A stretch of 64,000 nucleotides of DNA. Source: the human T2T-CHM13v2.0 reference genome, Homo sapiens. This document shows, in pieces, positions 61,796 through 64,000 of the stretch (the stretch's first letter is position 1; every line of letters begins with the position of its first letter). Position numbers and translations under genes: made by a program. The DNA lies in NCBI RefSeq assembly GCF_009914755.1, contig NC_060934.1; one strand, given 5' to 3'. A model generated the notes under the pieces. The model searched no databases and had not been told where the DNA came from. It saw only the letters and a list, made by a program, of their open reading frames with translations.

Positions 61796-61938
61796 GCTCG
61801 CGTTGGACGACGCCATTCGACACAAGCCGCTGAACATGTCATCCCGTTTTTCACCCAGGGTGGCAGGGGAGAATGACTTCCTTCAGACTGTTATAAACAA
61901 AGTCATCGCTGCCAAAGAAGTCAACCACAAGGGGCAGG
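61796..61938 (+). CDS. DOCK1: DOCK1 exon 12; long form from 61796 adds LALDDAIRHKPLNMSSRFSPR, short form starts 61859: VAGENDFLQTVINKVIAAKEVNHKGQ(G)
   Basis: Two in-frame acceptors 63 nt apart (ccctccag| and ttttcacccag|), AGG|gtacgt donor. Confidence 0.95.
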
Positions 61939-64000
61939 GTACGTATTTTCCTATTTTGTTTCTATCAGCGTGTATTTGCATGCGCTGGGGCAGTGCTGTC
62001 TGGGTTGGTTTTAGTTTGATGTTGATCATGATGGTGGTGATAATGATGGGGATGACAGTGATCGTGGTGGAGAATGTGTGTGACAGTTGCCCCTGTGTAC
62101 AGTGCATGATGGTTTTCTTACCCGTCACCTTTGTGAACATTGCTGAGAGCCCACTCCTGGATGGAGAGTGGGGTCAGATTAGAAGTTTAGAGGAACATGC
62201 AGGCGGTAGGCGTAACTCCCTCTGCCCGTGTTGTGTGCTAATCTTTGCCTGTTCTGGGTCTTCCCTGCTGGTCTCCCTAAGAAGGTGATTTCATTTGTGC
62301 AGACTTGCTCCCCTGAGTTCTGTCATTTAAGTGATTTCTCCGCCCCTACACTCCGCCTCACACTCACTGTTTTTAATCCTGCACTGACACGTTTCTGAGC
62401 AGCTGACCTGCTGCTGGCAGAAGGAATGAATCAGTCACCTCGGGCTGGTGACAGTTGGCACTTGGCTGGCCAGGAGGGCTGCCAGGAAACAACTGTGACT
62501 GAGGCCCCGCCTCCAGCCCAAGGGGAAGTCACCTTCAGAACTTGACCGTCTCACTCCCTGATCCATGCAGACTGCCCGTAAACGCGGTAGAGCTTAGGTG
62601 AACAGACCTGCTTCATCGTCCAGCTACCTTATGTCACTAGACTTTTAAAAAACAATTATCTTGATTCATTTCCACTGTTCTAAAGGAGAATGTGAATTGA
62701 GCCTGAAGAATGTTTTAGAGAATGAGCCTTCCTAGGGATCTGCAGGGACCTCCAGCTTTCTTCTGGTGTGAACTACCCCCCTTTCTGGCAAACAGTAGCA
62801 GGACAAAAACCCCAACCCAGAACGTTAATGAGATGTGGCCTCTGCAGACAGAGCGATTTTCAGCTGACCCAGGACCCATCTTCTCCTAAATTAACAGCCC
62901 TCCCAATTTACACTTTAATTGAAAACCACGGGGAGGTCCAATTAGGGCTGTTTAGATTGGAGTCACTCTCAGGCTGGGAGTGCCAGTGCAAAGGTTGCCA
63001 GCCGATCCTTCAGTGCTTCGAGCTGGGACTGCCCTCGGATCTCCAGTTTCTTTTGCAGTCATCGGAGTTTTGATAAACTTTTATTAGAGTCATTCAGGGA
63101 AAGTGGAGTTTGGTGTCAGGCCAGCAGGAAATCACTGGGAAAGAGGACCAGAAGCCTGCCTCTGCCAGGCTCACTGGTGTGTGGCCAGGATCTTTGAAGC
63201 CGGCGAACCTTGGGCTCATGTCCGGGGGTCCAGTTCCTTGAACTTCTGGGAGGAGTGGGCATTTTCAAGTCACAGTGAAAACTGAGGGAGAAGAACAGTG
63301 ATAGTTTTGTCAAGGGGATCACAGGTGACTTCCTGAATCAGAATGGCCTTAGGCAACATGACTAGTGCTTGTTTTCCTTGAACCTGAATTTTCTCCAGGG
63401 CACAATGGTGGGTGGAATTCAGGTCAGAGGTGAGTGATGTGGCCAGTGAGGGCAGCCACACAGATCGGCCGCCGGGACTGCAGGGCGCTGCCCACCGGCG
63501 CTCATTTTATCACCAGCAGCCCAGGCTTAACCTGATCCTTGCTTGTCTGTCAAGTGACTGTTAGCGGCCCCAGGAGTGGAAGGGACATGGAGGAGATACT
63601 CATCTTCAGAGAGAACCACTGGGTTTTTTCACACCTCTGTCCACATGCGCCTCCTGTCTCTTGAGCTCACCACTTGGCCTTGGCCAGTTTTTGGTTTATG
63701 CCAACATGTTTCCTCTTCACAAGAGACAAAAATCCTGAATATTTAATCCAAATTATTCTGATCCCTGAACCCAGAGGTGTGGGACATTTTATGTGGACAG
63801 TGAATTCATGAAGACTCCAGACATCTGGTTCTGTTGTTTGAGATAGAATGTATGCTAATCCTCTTTGTTTTTAGTTATTCTGCTTAAGCAAATGTCAACC
63901 CCAAATGCACTTTTTTCTCCTGTGAGAAAAGCATTTAAAACACAGCATAATCAGGAACATTTAATTTCCATTTTTAAAGCGTGTGGTAATAAATTTAATG

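Noticed and set aside
63460-63505. Short CpG-rich patch as a possible CTCF site
   Set aside because: Only a partial match to the CTCF core, needing a register shift; not supportable by eye

Overview
Human/hominid genomic DNA (dense Alu, one SVA) lying entirely inside the DOCK1 (DOCK180, Rac GEF) gene on the + strand. It holds the last ~20 kb of intron 1 and coding exons 2-12. All 11 exons have GT-AG boundaries and chain in one open frame from [19 protein letters not shown] (SH3) to KEVNHKGQ, with an in-frame 63-nt alternative acceptor at exon 12. Exon numbering and repeat subfamily names are from memory, not from a search. Most supplied ORFs are artefacts of Alu, L1, SVA or simple repeats. 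The most interesting non-coding signals are: (1) a ~2.9 kb strand-biased GGU-rich array in intron 1, a candidate ESRP1 platform for circDOCK1 biogenesis, followed directly by a poison-exon-like unit; (2) a 22-bp minisatellite of YY1 motifs and a 10-bp minisatellite forming a continuous DR4 nuclear-receptor array, both in intron 10; (3) a cluster of tandem 3' splice acceptors with UGCAUG motifs in intron 4; (4) in-frame cryptic microexon candidates mapping to the SH3 n-Src loop; (5) a full-length antisense SVA and inverted Alu pairs bracketing exon blocks.
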